This document shows positions 1 to 9,660 of a stretch of DNA of 64,000 nucleotides, piece by piece (the first letter of the stretch is position 1; each line of letters starts with the position of its first letter). Source of the stretch: Candidatus Marinacidobacterales bacterium. GTDB lineage: Bacteria > Acidobacteriota > Vicinamibacteria > Marinacidobacterales > DATDRI01. Below the pieces are notes generated by a model. It did no database searches. It was not told where the DNA came from and was given only the letters and a program-made list of their open reading frames with translations. The stretch spans positions 2,240,001 to 2,304,000 of the forward strand of contig CBDCNP010000002.1 in assembly GCA_965219415.1 (NCBI GenBank), in the 5' to 3' direction. Made by a program: the position numbers and the translations under genes.

Positions 1-945
1 CCACCACCCCTGGTGCGACCGGTACCACTCTACCGTGGAGGCCAGCCCCTCGTCGAAGTCGACACTGGACCTAAAGCCCAGTCCGCGAAGCCGGGTCGTA
101 TCTAGGCTATAGCGACGGTCGTGCCCGGGCCGGTCGACCACCTGCTTTATCAGACTCTTGGGCTTTCCCACGAGTTCCAAGATTCGCTCGGTAAGCTCGA
201 GGTTGCTGAGCTCGGTGCCGCCCCCGATATTATAAGTCGTGCCGGGTTGCCCCTTCTCGATCACGAGATCCAGAGCACGGCAATGATCCTCCACGTGTAG
301 CCAGTCGCGAACCTGAAGCCCATCACCGTAGAGCGGCAGCGGCTCGCCCTCCATCGAGTTCGTGATGAACAACGGGATGACTTTCTCCGGATACTGGCGA
401 GGACCGTAGTTGTTCGACGCCCTAGTGACGATCACCGGCAGCCCGTATGTCGTGAAGTAGGAGTAGGCTAAGCGATCCGCTCCCGCCTTGCTCGCGGAAT
501 AAGGATTACGCGGAGCCAGCGGATCCTCCTCGCGGGCAGATCCAGAGCCTATACTCCCGTAGACCTCGTCGGTCGAAATCTGGACGAAAAGCTGCGACCT
601 GGACTCTAGGCGAACTGCTTCCAAAAGAACGAAAGTGCCATAGACATCCGTGAGAATGAACTGACCAGCATCGTGGATGGAGCGATCGACATGAGTCTCC
701 GCAGCAAAGTTAACGATGATGTCCGCCTCGGCAACCAGTGGCTCCACCGCCGAGCGATCGCATATGTCTCCCTTGACGAAACGGTAACCCGAATGCGCCT
801 CCAAACCTTCCAGGTTCGCCAGGTTCCCAGCGTAAGTAAGCTTATCAAGGTTTGTAACGCGCCAATCCGGATGGGCTCGGGTCAGAGAATGAATGAAGTT
901 ACTACCAATGAAGCCCGCGCCACCAGTCACGAGGATGTGGGTCAT
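1..945 (-). CDS. rfbB: dTDP-glucose 4,6-dehydratase (3' end outside window)
   Basis: ATG at 945 overlaps the rfbA stop (ATGA). My translation gives MTHILVTGGAGFIGSNF, STDEVYG, PYSASKA, NNYGP and DRPGHDRRY. It is missing from the ORF track because it runs off the window. Confidence 0.95.
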   Translation of the reverse strand, partial: MTHILVTGGAGFIGSNFIHSLTRAHPDWRVTNLDKLTYAGNLANLEGLEAHSGYRFVKGDICDRSAVEPLVAEADIIVNFAAETHVDRSIHDAGQFILTDVYGTFVLLEAVRLESRSQLFVQISTDEVYGSIGSGSAREEDPLAPRNPYSASKAGADRLAYSYFTTYGLPVIVTRASNNYGPRQYPEKVIPLFITNSMEGEPLPLYGDGLQVRDWLHVEDHCRALDLVIEKGQPGTTYNIGGGTELSNLELTERILELVGKPKSLIKQVVDRPGHDRRYSLDTTRLRGLGFRSSVDFDEGLASTVEWYRSHQGWW

Positions 946-2006
946 GTAACGTCGACCTGGCTACTGTCTCCCAACATGAAACGATGGGCCTTGGGTGTTG
1001 ACTGGGAGCGCTCGATGCGAACGCTGTAGCCCACCAGGCTGTCGACCATACGGCCGCCCAGCTCTAGGATGACACTGCCCGATAAGATAATGCTGTGCTC
1101 GACTTCACTCGCTCTAATGTGAACGTTGTTTTGTATCGAGGTAAAGGGACCGACGTAGGAGCGCTCGATTCGTGAGCCTGCTCCGATGATCGCTGGCCCG
1201 CGCACGACACTCCCGATGATCTCCGCGCCTGCGTCGATCACGACCTTGCCTTCGACACGCGACTCACTATCCACCCGACCGGCCACGCTTGGTTCCAGGC
1301 TATCTAGTACCAACCGATTCGCTTCCAAGATGTCATCGCGCTTGCCGGTGTCCTTCCACCAGCCGTCGACCACATGGGGGCTCACCTCATGGCCATGATC
1401 GATCAGGTACTGGATAGCATCGGTGATCTCCAGCTCGTTTCGAAGAGACGGGCTGATTGCGCGCGCCGCTTCGAAGATGGGAGCGCTGAACATGTACACA
1501 CCTACCAGGGCGAGATCGCTTCGGGGTTTTTGGGGTTTCTCCTGTAGGCGTGTTACTCGGCCATCTGTGAGCTCCGCGACTCCGAACTGCTCGGGATGCG
1601 GGACACGCGCCAACAAGATCTGAGCGGTTGGTCGTTTCTCGCGGAACTCTCCGACCAAGCTCTCGATACCATTCGCGAGAATATTGTCCCCCAGATACAT
1701 CACGAACGGATCCTTCGCCACAAACTCCTCCGCGGTCAGCACCGCGTGGGCGAGCCCTAGCGGAGCCTCCTGAGGAATAAGACCGATCTTCGCTCCCCAT
1801 CGCGACCCGTCGCCGACCGCCTCCTTAATTTCATTCGCCGTTTCTCCAACGATGATGCCGATGTCAGAGATCCCCGCGGCGCGGATAGCCTCGATGCCGT
1901 AAAAAAGGATGGGCTTGTTCGCCACCGGCATGAGCTGCTTGGCTCTAGTGTGGGTGAGCGGTCGGAGCCGGCTCCCGGTCCCGCCACTCAGGATAAGGCC
2001 CTTCAT
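942..2006 (-). CDS. rfbA: glucose-1-phosphate thymidylyltransferase, long form with C-terminal left-handed beta-helix
   Basis: GGTGSRLRPLT, KQLMPVANKP, GLAHAV, YLGDN and ELEITDAI motifs; 354 aa; adjacent to rfbB. Confidence 0.93.
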   Translation of the reverse strand: MKGLILSGGTGSRLRPLTHTRAKQLMPVANKPILFYGIEAIRAAGISDIGIIVGETANEIKEAVGDGSRWGAKIGLIPQEAPLGLAHAVLTAEEFVAKDPFVMYLGDNILANGIESLVGEFREKRPTAQILLARVPHPEQFGVAELTDGRVTRLQEKPQKPRSDLALVGVYMFSAPIFEAARAISPSLRNELEITDAIQYLIDHGHEVSPHVVDGWWKDTGKRDDILEANRLVLDSLEPSVAGRVDSESRVEGKVVIDAGAEIIGSVVRGPAIIGAGSRIERSYVGPFTSIQNNVHIRASEVEHSIILSGSVILELGGRMVDSLVGYSVRIERSQSTPKAHRFMLGDSSQVDVT

Positions 2007-4211
2007 CTATTGGATCCGCGATTGCCCGCCGAGTTGGGTGCCGAACGACCCGATGTTGGCCAGCGTGATGCCAACCCGGAAGAGATTCTCGTCCCGAACC
2101 GTACCGAAACGGTATCGGGCCCACTCCGCCATGAAGCCGCAACACTGAATGTTGTAGTCGACACTCGCCCGGACCAGGTTCAGCTCGGCCCGCTCGACGT
2201 CGTAGGCGGACTCGAAGCGCAATCGAACGGTGCGTGTCACGTTCAAACTGGTAACGCCGCGAAGGTTCCGGCGCTCTCGGCCGGAAGTAAGTTGTACGCT
2301 TTGGGCCAGCGAGCCGCTGACGTTGCCCCACCCACCACCGTAACTCCCGACCAAGCTCATCGAGCGCATCCTCTTGAAATTGACGTCATACTCGAAATTC
2401 CAGGAAGCGGCCAGTCGGCCGGTAGGACGGAAGCGTAGCTTCGAAGTAATCGGGGAATAGCTGCTGGGAACGCCGTCCTCGGTGAAAAAGGGCGTACTGA
2501 ATTGGCGATCGTAGAGGCTGGCATCGACCTGGAGAAAGTATCTCTGTGCAAGCGTCCAGGTGAGAAACTCGTAGGGAACTGCTTTGTTGCTCTTGCCAAT
2601 TTTGCGCTTGGCCAGAAATCGATTCACGAGAGAAAAGGAAAACTGGTTGGTACCCGGAACGTAGTCGTTGGAGTCGAACTTGGGGATGTCTCCGAAGTTG
2701 TCGACCAGCGAGCGATAGCTCCAAATGAGCTGCGGCTCGATAACGTGCTTGTACTTTTCCGCATATCCGTTCCCGGGGGTATTGAAAATGCGAGAAAAAG
2801 TCGGTCCCCTTACGTCGACACGAACCTCGCTGTAAGTTCGGTCCAAAGCATCTCCGGTCACTTCTCCAGCCGAGTTAGTTTGCTGCGAGTAGCGCGTGAA
2901 GCGCGTGATGAACGAGGTTCGCGCGGTCAGGAAAGGCCACACATTGAAAGGGTAGGAAATAGTTGGCAGGACGTCGTAGCGTTGATAATCAACCAGATCG
3001 TCTCGCACACTTCGGGAAAACGAAGAAGCGGAAGTGCTAAAACCGAACAAGATCGGTGTCGGGCCGATCTTCGTCTGCCTACCCTGGAAAGCGACGCGGG
3101 GAAGTATCTCCCGGAAACTAATTCTATCTGTGAAAGACGTCTCATTGCGATCGTAGAGGAAACGTAGGGTGTAAGCCGACCAGGATCGAGCCACGTTCAC
3201 GGTGGCTCGCTTCGAGCGGCGGGTCAAATCTTTATAGCTCTCCTGGAACGTTTGCTGGAAGGCGAAGGAGCTGAAGTAATCGACGCGCGCAATCGTCGAG
3301 AAGTCGCCCGGAAGCCGCTGGTTAACGTTCGCCCTGATCTGCCATTCCTTCTGTTCTAAAACCTTGTCGTCGATGTAGTAGGACTCGAAGCGACCCCGCG
3401 ACGCTCCAGAAAGCAGGTAGCGGTACTCGGTTCCTAGCCCCACCCCACTCTGGGAAAACCAATCGAAGTTGATGGTCGCATCGTGGGAGCGGCTGATGGC
3501 CCAGAAGAAACCCTGGCTGACCATGAACCCCTTGAAGCTAGAGTTTCCTATTTGGGGAAGCAGCAAGCCCGTCGATCGGTTTTTTTCATCGATCGGGTAG
3601 TACAGATACGGCAGATAGAAGACCGGCAACGACTTCACCTTAAGGAACGCGCCGTGGAGGGAAACATGGTGGTCGCGACGGATGATGGCCTTTCCCGAGG
3701 TGAATCGCCAGCGAGGCGTCGGCTGAGCGCAAGACGTGAACGCTCCTCGTTCCACGACGTAGATATCGTCCGACTTCTTCTCCACCACATCACCTTGGAA
3801 GTAAAGATCGTTGCCCGAGCTTCCGGAGGCGTTGTAGAACCTGCCCGTCCCGGTCTCGAGATCGACTTCCATCCGATCACCAACGATCTTTTGGTTGCCC
3901 TGCTGAAAGACGACGTTGCCTTCCGCGACGACTCGCATCTCCTCGTTCCAGAAATCGACTTTGTCTGCCGAGATGCGGATGTCCCCCGACACGATGTCCA
4001 CGTAGCCGGTCGCCTTGACATGCCCCTTCTCGATCTGTTCTTGCTCATCGGCGTTGAGAGTGACCGAGCCGGGCGGGAGAGGAGCCGGTGATTGGGCCTG
4101 TTGAGCCTGCTGGGATTGTCCTTTTTGCCGAGAAGAGTCGTCTTCTTGGCCGTTTTGCCCGCGGGCGACGGTCGCTGCGGTTAGAAGAAAGATAATTATC
4201 AGTCTCAACAT
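2007..4211 (-). CDS. lptD: LPS assembly outer-membrane protein LptD
   Basis: Signal peptide from ATG 4211 (MLRLIIIFLL), OstA-like N-terminal domain, FTSC-x4-PRW and RSTGLLLP motifs, beta-barrel-like C-terminus. Confidence 0.88.
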   Translation of the reverse strand: MLRLIIIFLLTAATVARGQNGQEDDSSRQKGQSQQAQQAQSPAPLPPGSVTLNADEQEQIEKGHVKATGYVDIVSGDIRISADKVDFWNEEMRVVAEGNVVFQQGNQKIVGDRMEVDLETGTGRFYNASGSSGNDLYFQGDVVEKKSDDIYVVERGAFTSCAQPTPRWRFTSGKAIIRRDHHVSLHGAFLKVKSLPVFYLPYLYYPIDEKNRSTGLLLPQIGNSSFKGFMVSQGFFWAISRSHDATINFDWFSQSGVGLGTEYRYLLSGASRGRFESYYIDDKVLEQKEWQIRANVNQRLPGDFSTIARVDYFSSFAFQQTFQESYKDLTRRSKRATVNVARSWSAYTLRFLYDRNETSFTDRISFREILPRVAFQGRQTKIGPTPILFGFSTSASSFSRSVRDDLVDYQRYDVLPTISYPFNVWPFLTARTSFITRFTRYSQQTNSAGEVTGDALDRTYSEVRVDVRGPTFSRIFNTPGNGYAEKYKHVIEPQLIWSYRSLVDNFGDIPKFDSNDYVPGTNQFSFSLVNRFLAKRKIGKSNKAVPYEFLTWTLAQRYFLQVDASLYDRQFSTPFFTEDGVPSSYSPITSKLRFRPTGRLAASWNFEYDVNFKRMRSMSLVGSYGGGWGNVSGSLAQSVQLTSGRERRNLRGVTSLNVTRTVRLRFESAYDVERAELNLVRASVDYNIQCCGFMAEWARYRFGTVRDENLFRVGITLANIGSFGTQLGGQSRIQ

Positions 4212-4386
4212 CGAGCGAGACCCGATCTCGACCCCCTTAGTCCTTTTGGACGAACGCATTATGCACCGTGGGCACACGTTTTTCCAAGCCCACTTTCCTT
4301 ATCATCCCGTAACTGGTTCCCTAGAGGGACTTACGCTCCTACTGGCGCTTTGCCTGCGGACAGGTCATGCTTACGGTCTTAGGCGA

Positions 4387-5823
4387 ATGACCGTCACGGC
4401 CGTGAAACCAGAGGTCTTGCTCGTATCGTGTTACGAGCTTGGCCACCAGCCCATGGGGCTTGCCAGCCCCATGGCGTTCCTTGCCCGAGCCGGGTTCCCG
4501 GTCACCGCGGTCGATGTCTCGGTCGACTCTTTGGAGAAGCACGCGGACCTCGTCCGTGGGGCCCGCCTTGTCGCCATCTCCGTTCCCATGCACACCGCCC
4601 TGCGTTTGGGCTCACGTGTCGCACGGCGAATCCGGGAATTGAATCCGAGCTGCCATCTTTGTTTTTACGGACTGTACGCAACCCTAAATCGTGGTTACCT
4701 CCTACAGAACGGCGCGGACTCGGTCTTGGGAGGAGAGTCGGAGCAGTCTTTGGTACGCCTCGCGGAAGGACTTGCCCAAGGCGGCGACACCCTCCCAACC
4801 GTCTCCGAGCCGGTGCTGGAGCGACTTCGGTTCCCGGTGCCACTACGTCGCGGCCTGCCGCCACTCGAGAAGTACGCCCACTTGGAACGCGATGGAAACC
4901 ACGGCCCGGTCGGCTATGTCGAAGCGAGTCGTGGATGCCTGCGCCACTGCTTGCATTGCCCGATCCCGCCGGTATACCAAGGTCGCTTCTTCGTAGTACC
5001 CCAGGACGTCGTGCTCGACGACATTCGCCAGCTCGTCGACTCGGGAGCCACCCACATCACATTTGGGGATCCCGATTTCTTGAACGGACCGGGGCATTCA
5101 CTGGCGGTGGCCCGTACGCTCCACCAGGAGTTTCCCGAGCTCACGTTCGACGTCACCGCGAAAGTGGAGCACATTCTGAAACACCGAGCCTTGTTACCGG
5201 AGCTCCGCCGCCAAGGCTGTATCTTCGTCGTGTCCGCCATCGAATCCCTCAGCGATCACGTTCTGAATCAGCTCGACAAAGGACACACGCGCCAAGACGC
5301 CATCGAAGCGGTGAGCGCTCTCCGACTCGCCGGAATCGCGCCACGCCCGACATGGGTCTCGTTCACACCCTGGACGACGCTTCGGGACTATCTCGACGTC
5401 CTCGAGTGGGTGGATGAGGAGGGGATTATCGGTCATGTCGACCCCGTACAATTCGCGGTCCGCCTGCTCGTTCCCCCCGGCTCCTTACTGCTAGAGAGGG
5501 CGGCGATTCAGCCCTTCTTGGAACCACTCGTGCCAGAGAGGTTCACTCATCCGTGGAAACACCCCGACCCGAGAATGGATCTCCTCCACGATCGCGTCAG
5601 CGAGCTCGTCGAGGCATCCGTTTCGAATGACGAGGATCCTTTTGAGACTTTTTCACGCATCCGCGAATTGGCTTGGTCCAAGCTCGAAACGGGAAAACCC
5701 CCGCCAGAGCGAAGAGGAAGGTCCGAGCGTGGAACGCACCCCCCTCGGCTCACCGAAGCGTGGTTCTGTTGATCAGAGCCCACCGAGGGCCAGTTCGGCC
5801 CGCTGGAGAATCCGGGCATTTGA
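4387..5823 (+). CDS. CUAEP/CCAEP-tail-type radical SAM protein, predicted selenoprotein (UGA at 5770-5772 read as Sec)
   Basis: N-terminal SCYELGHQP domain and CxxxCxxC motif (CLRHCLHC). Reading through TGA gives RLTEAWFC-U-SEPTEGQFGPLENPGI* with the next stop at 5821-5823. Confidence 0.88.
5783..5806 (+). promoter_or_regulatory. candidate bacterial SECIS hairpin
   Basis: CCG-A-GGGCC-[AGUUC]-GGCCC-GC-UGG. The apical loop starts 19 nt after the UGA and has GU at loop positions 2-3. Confidence 0.62.
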
Positions 5824-5872
5824 GGGCGAAACGCAGACCGCCTATGATGAAGCGGAATAGGGAGAGTATGAG

Positions 5873-6469
5873 ATGAGCGAAGAGATCAAGATCACCGCCG
5901 AGCCGAAGGATACAGAGACCTGCAGCTTCATCATCGATCGACCGGTCCATGAAGAAGGCTCCGCCTACTTTGACGATCCAGACCGGGCCAGTGGCTCTCC
6001 GTTACCTGAAAAACTCTTTGCCCTGGGTGGCGTCAAGACCGTTCTGGTGCAGGACAACAAAGTGACCATCACCGTGGGAGACACCGGCGCCGATTGGCTT
6101 CCGTTGGCCAAGCAAGTCGGTGCGACCATCCGCACCGTAATCGAATCGGGCGAGAAACCCATCTCCGCCTCCCTGCTCGACTCCATGCCTCCCTCCGAGC
6201 AGATCAAGAAGGTGATAGAAGAGCTCTTCATTCGGGAGATCAACCCCGCGATTGCCGCGCATGGCGGTTTCGTGGAGCTGCTAGATGTGAAGGGGAACGA
6301 AGTCTATCTCCGTCTTGGAGGTGGGTGCCAAGGTTGCGGGATGGCGGATGTTACCCTGAAACAGGGAATAGAAACCTCCATCCGCAAGGCGGTGCCCGAG
6401 ATCGGAGCCATCATGGACACGACCGACCACGCGGCGGGAAGAAACCCCTATTACGCGCCCTCCAAGTAG
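5873..6469 (+). CDS. nfuA: NfuA/NifU-type Fe-S cluster carrier with N-terminal scaffold domain
   Basis: INPAIAAHGGFVELLDV and GGGCQGC (CxxC) motifs, ending DHAAGRNPYY; GGAGAG ribosome-binding site upstream. Confidence 0.88.
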   Translation: MSEEIKITAEPKDTETCSFIIDRPVHEEGSAYFDDPDRASGSPLPEKLFALGGVKTVLVQDNKVTITVGDTGADWLPLAKQVGATIRTVIESGEKPISASLLDSMPPSEQIKKVIEELFIREINPAIAAHGGFVELLDVKGNEVYLRLGGGCQGCGMADVTLKQGIETSIRKAVPEIGAIMDTTDHAAGRNPYYAPSK

Positions 6470-6514
6470 GCAGGCGGCAAGAAAAGCCAGCCCGCGCTCA
6501 CGGCCCCACCTGGT

Positions 6515-6536
6515 AGTGTCCTAATTTTAGGACACT
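6515..6536. promoter_or_regulatory. 22-bp palindrome, putative operator
   Basis: AGTGTCCTAA-TT-TTAGGACACT: perfect 10-bp arms, intergenic, no U-tract. Confidence 0.6.
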
Positions 6537-6554
6537 CCCCCCCGCCTTCCCCTG

Positions 6555-6584
6555 TTGACTAGCCCCCAGGGTCAGTGTTATATG
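6555..6584 (+). promoter_or_regulatory. putative sigma70-type promoter
   Basis: TTGACT (6555-6560), 18-bp spacer ending TGn, TATATG (6579-6584). Confidence 0.4.
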
Positions 6585-6727
6585 TCCCTACCCAACCAAA
6601 AGTGGGCTGCAACCAAACCTTACAGCCTAAAACAGTAGCCTTTTTCGCGGCTTTTCTTGGCGTACGAGAGTACTGATGTGTGCTTAACCGCCACGTCGAG
6701 TTGACGGAGTCTACCTTGATGCAACAG

Positions 6728-7394
6728 ATGGGTGTTAAGGTCGTTTGGTTCTGCACGAGCTTGAGCAACCCCAACGAGACGAGCCTCTGCCAATCTCGAT
6801 GCCTTGAATTTCCTGCGCGCCCTCAAGGGGGAGCGCATCGAGGGGGAAGCAACGATCCCCATCGCCGGTCAAAATCGGCGTCTCAGCAATTCCAACCTGG
6901 ATGAAGCGATCGACTGGTTCGGAGAAATGGTCGCCGGCTATTTCCAGCGTCAGGGGATAGATTCGCCGTTTTACCTGGTTCCCATTCCGGACACCAACAC
7001 GACGTTGGAATCGACTACTGGCCCCTGGACGTCGGTGACAGCGATAGCTATTGCCTCCAAGTTCGAAGGTGATGTGGAAGCTCTAGACGTTCTTCGCTGG
7101 AAAAAGAATCTCTCCCACCTCAGTGCGGAGGCGCAGGACTCCACTCGGCTATACGAGAACCTAGCCCTGCTCGGAAAGAACAAATGGGACAAACCGGTAG
7201 TGCTGGTGGACTACCTGGCGGCTAACGCGGCGCGAGCCCAGGCCTGTGAGGCGTTCTTGAGAGAGAACGGCGCTCGCGTCCTTCTGTGTGTGTTTGCGGG
7301 AAGAATCGTCCCGCAGAAGCCCGAGAAGAACTTTGCGGTTTTCAAAGCCGAGGTCGCGGGAATCAACCCTGGTCCCCCTCGCTCGGCGGACTGA
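6728..7394 (+). pseudogene. phosphoribosyltransferase-fold (ComF-like) protein, probable frameshift near 6790
   Basis: MGVKVVWFCT (ATG 6728) continues in another frame as ANLDALNFLRALKGE. Contains LVPIP and LDVLRW; the PRPP loop is degenerate (VVLVDYLAANA). Confidence 0.55.
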
Positions 7395-8616
7395 TGACGA
7401 ATTCGAGGCAAGCGGCAGCCTCTCTGAGAGCGCTTTCGACGGCGGCGAGAGTTTCGGCGCGGGCAAATATGAAACCGAGATAACTGGAGCCTTCCGGGAG
7501 GGGCGCCAAGATCTTGCCGAGGTGTGAGGTGATCGTCACCTCTTGAACTCCGGAAACCGCCTCCGCCTCTCTCTCCCCCCGGACGCCTTTGAGAACGCCC
7601 GCCTGAGGAATCGGCATCATCATGACACCGGATGCAACGGACTCGCGGGTTAGTGTACTGACATCCATCCCCAATGCGTGCCGAAGAAGCAACTCCTCGA
7701 GCGAAAACCCCACACCGAACCTGAGCGACCGAGAACAAAGCCCCCCGATGGATCGCCCGGCGATCTCGATGACCCACACCCCCTCGGAGTTCAACCGAAG
7801 CTCGGCGTGGATGGGTCCCTCTCGAAGCCCTAGTGCCTCGGCCGCTTTTGCGGTGGTAGCCGCGATCGCAGATTGACGTCCCTCGGACAATCTGGACGGG
7901 GTCACGTAAATCGTTTCTTCGAAGAAAGGCCCCTCTAACGGATCGGGCTTGTCGAAGAGAGCGAGCACTTTGAGCTCTCCCCCAGTCATGACTCCCTCGA
8001 GGGCGACCTCGACACCCGATACGTAGTCTTCGACCAATATCTGGCGAGCCAACGGCCCGCCACGACGCACTAGATCGGGGTCGCGAAGAATCGCTTTTAA
8101 TCGTTCGAAAGCCGAAACGAATTCATGTTCGTCATTGGCGCGCATCACACCGCGGCTCGCCGCAAGGAAGACGGGTTTCAAAACACACGGGTATCCGACA
8201 CGGCTCGCTATGTCCTCTGTGTCATCGGCTACCGCAAAGAGCCGGTGGGCGGGAACGAGCACAGCTCCCGAGAGCATTTCTCTCATCACATGCTTCAAAC
8301 GGGTCGCGGTGGCGGCCTGGGGAGAATTGTGGGCGAGTCCGACCGCCTGCGAAATGGCAGCCGCTATGACTGCGGTGTCCTCGTCGACCGAGACCACCGC
8401 CTGGAAGGGGTAGTCTCGAGAGAAAGAAAGGGCTTTTTCCGCCGCCGAGTCCGGGTCCAGGAAATCGACGGTAAGTAGCGAGCCCGGCTCTCGGCCCTCC
8501 ATCGTGCTGGGTTGCTCGGAGACGACCACCACCTCCACACCGAGCCTCCCGGCCGCCGCCATGAAATCATGGGTACGGTAGGTATTGGTGGGCAACAAAA
8601 GGAGTACGCGAGGCAT
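7363..8616 (-). CDS. ATP-grasp domain protein (L-amino-acid-ligase-like)
   Basis: PCVLKP, ASRGV, LVEDYVSGVEVALE, HAELR and VIEIAGRSIGG motifs. Confidence 0.88.
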   Translation of the reverse strand: MPRVLLLLPTNTYRTHDFMAAAGRLGVEVVVVSEQPSTMEGREPGSLLTVDFLDPDSAAEKALSFSRDYPFQAVVSVDEDTAVIAAAISQAVGLAHNSPQAATATRLKHVMREMLSGAVLVPAHRLFAVADDTEDIASRVGYPCVLKPVFLAASRGVMRANDEHEFVSAFERLKAILRDPDLVRRGGPLARQILVEDYVSGVEVALEGVMTGGELKVLALFDKPDPLEGPFFEETIYVTPSRLSEGRQSAIAATTAKAAEALGLREGPIHAELRLNSEGVWVIEIAGRSIGGLCSRSLRFGVGFSLEELLLRHALGMDVSTLTRESVASGVMMMPIPQAGVLKGVRGEREAEAVSGVQEVTITSHLGKILAPLPEGSSYLGFIFARAETLAAVESALREAAACLEFVISPPSEGDQG

Positions 8617-8648
8617 AAAGCCGCATCACGGCAAGGGGGCTCGAGAAG

Positions 8649-9005
8649 CTATTTACGGTGAAAGTACGTGTCGGTGCCGTCGAGCCAATCGTGCCGAATG
8701 GGACTGAAGATGTCCACGTCCACCGTATCCTCGAGCGCCTCGGCGCGGTGCGGGACGTTGGGAGGAATGACCACGAACTCGCCGGGTCTTACCGTCACTT
8801 CCTCCTCTGCTTCACCGATCCAGAGACGGAGTGCTCCTTCCATGATGTAGGTGATCTGCTCCGCCTCGTGCGAGTGGGTCGGAACCACGGCGTCTTTCTT
8901 GAGCAGGACGCGAGCCATCATCTCGTTCTTGCCCATCACGATCTGACGACTAATGACCTCCGTCACCTTCTCGACGGGGACCCGATCCCAATTCAGCGGC
9001 TCCAC
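8649..9005 (-). CDS. cupin domain protein
   Basis: HSHEAEQ and PPNVPH metal-binding motifs; DIFSPIRHDW. Confidence 0.88.
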   Translation of the reverse strand: MEPLNWDRVPVEKVTEVISRQIVMGKNEMMARVLLKKDAVVPTHSHEAEQITYIMEGALRLWIGEAEEEVTVRPGEFVVIPPNVPHRAEALEDTVDVDIFSPIRHDWLDGTDTYFHRK

Positions 9006-9593
9006 TCATTCCCCCGTTTGTAAACGGATCGTCTTGATGACGACGGCCTCGACGGGAACGTCCTTATAGGGCCCCTTGCTCCCTGTTTTGACCGTTCTTA
9101 TCTTGTCCACCACGTCCATCCCCTCGGTGACTTCCCCGAAGACCGTATAGCCATAATCCCGTGCGCTCGGTCCTTTGTAGTTCAAGAAAGTATTGTCCTT
9201 GACGTTGATGAAAAACTGCGACGTCGCGCTATGGATTTCGTTGGTGCGCGCCATCACGATGGTGCCGCGGCGGTTCTTCAAGCCATTCCCGGCTTCGTTC
9301 TTGATTGGCTCACCAACAGGTTTCTTCTGCATGTCGGCGGTAAACCCGCCACCCTGAATCATGAAGTTCGGGATGACACGGTGAAAAATGGTGCCGTCGT
9401 AGAACCCATCGTTGACGTAGGCCAGGAAGTTCTCGACCGACACCGGCGCTTTGCTCGGATTGAGACGAACCGTGATGTCTCCCTGGGAGGTCTCAATGAC
9501 CACGATCGGATCATCGGCTCCCTCCACAATGGTTCCGGAAGCCAATACCAGTACTAAGCCAAGCGACCCGAGAAAAAACCGACCGACGCCCAT
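9006..9593 (-). CDS. ppiA: periplasmic cyclophilin-type peptidyl-prolyl isomerase
   Basis: Signal peptide; [23 protein letters not shown] and YTVFGEV motifs. Confidence 0.93.
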   Translation of the reverse strand: MGVGRFFLGSLGLVLVLASGTIVEGADDPIVVIETSQGDITVRLNPSKAPVSVENFLAYVNDGFYDGTIFHRVIPNFMIQGGGFTADMQKKPVGEPIKNEAGNGLKNRRGTIVMARTNEIHSATSQFFINVKDNTFLNYKGPSARDYGYTVFGEVTEGMDVVDKIRTVKTGSKGPYKDVPVEAVVIKTIRLQTGE

Positions 9594-9660
9594 AAGCGCT
9601 TACCTCCTTTAGGGACGGGAAATCGCTGGTGTTACGCAGAACGAAGCCGAGTATGCCCGA

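Noticed and set aside
5778-5790. Alternative hairpin GCCC-ACCGA-GGGC as the SECIS
   Set aside because: Its loop is only 9 nt from the UGA and lacks an early G. The downstream hairpin fits better.
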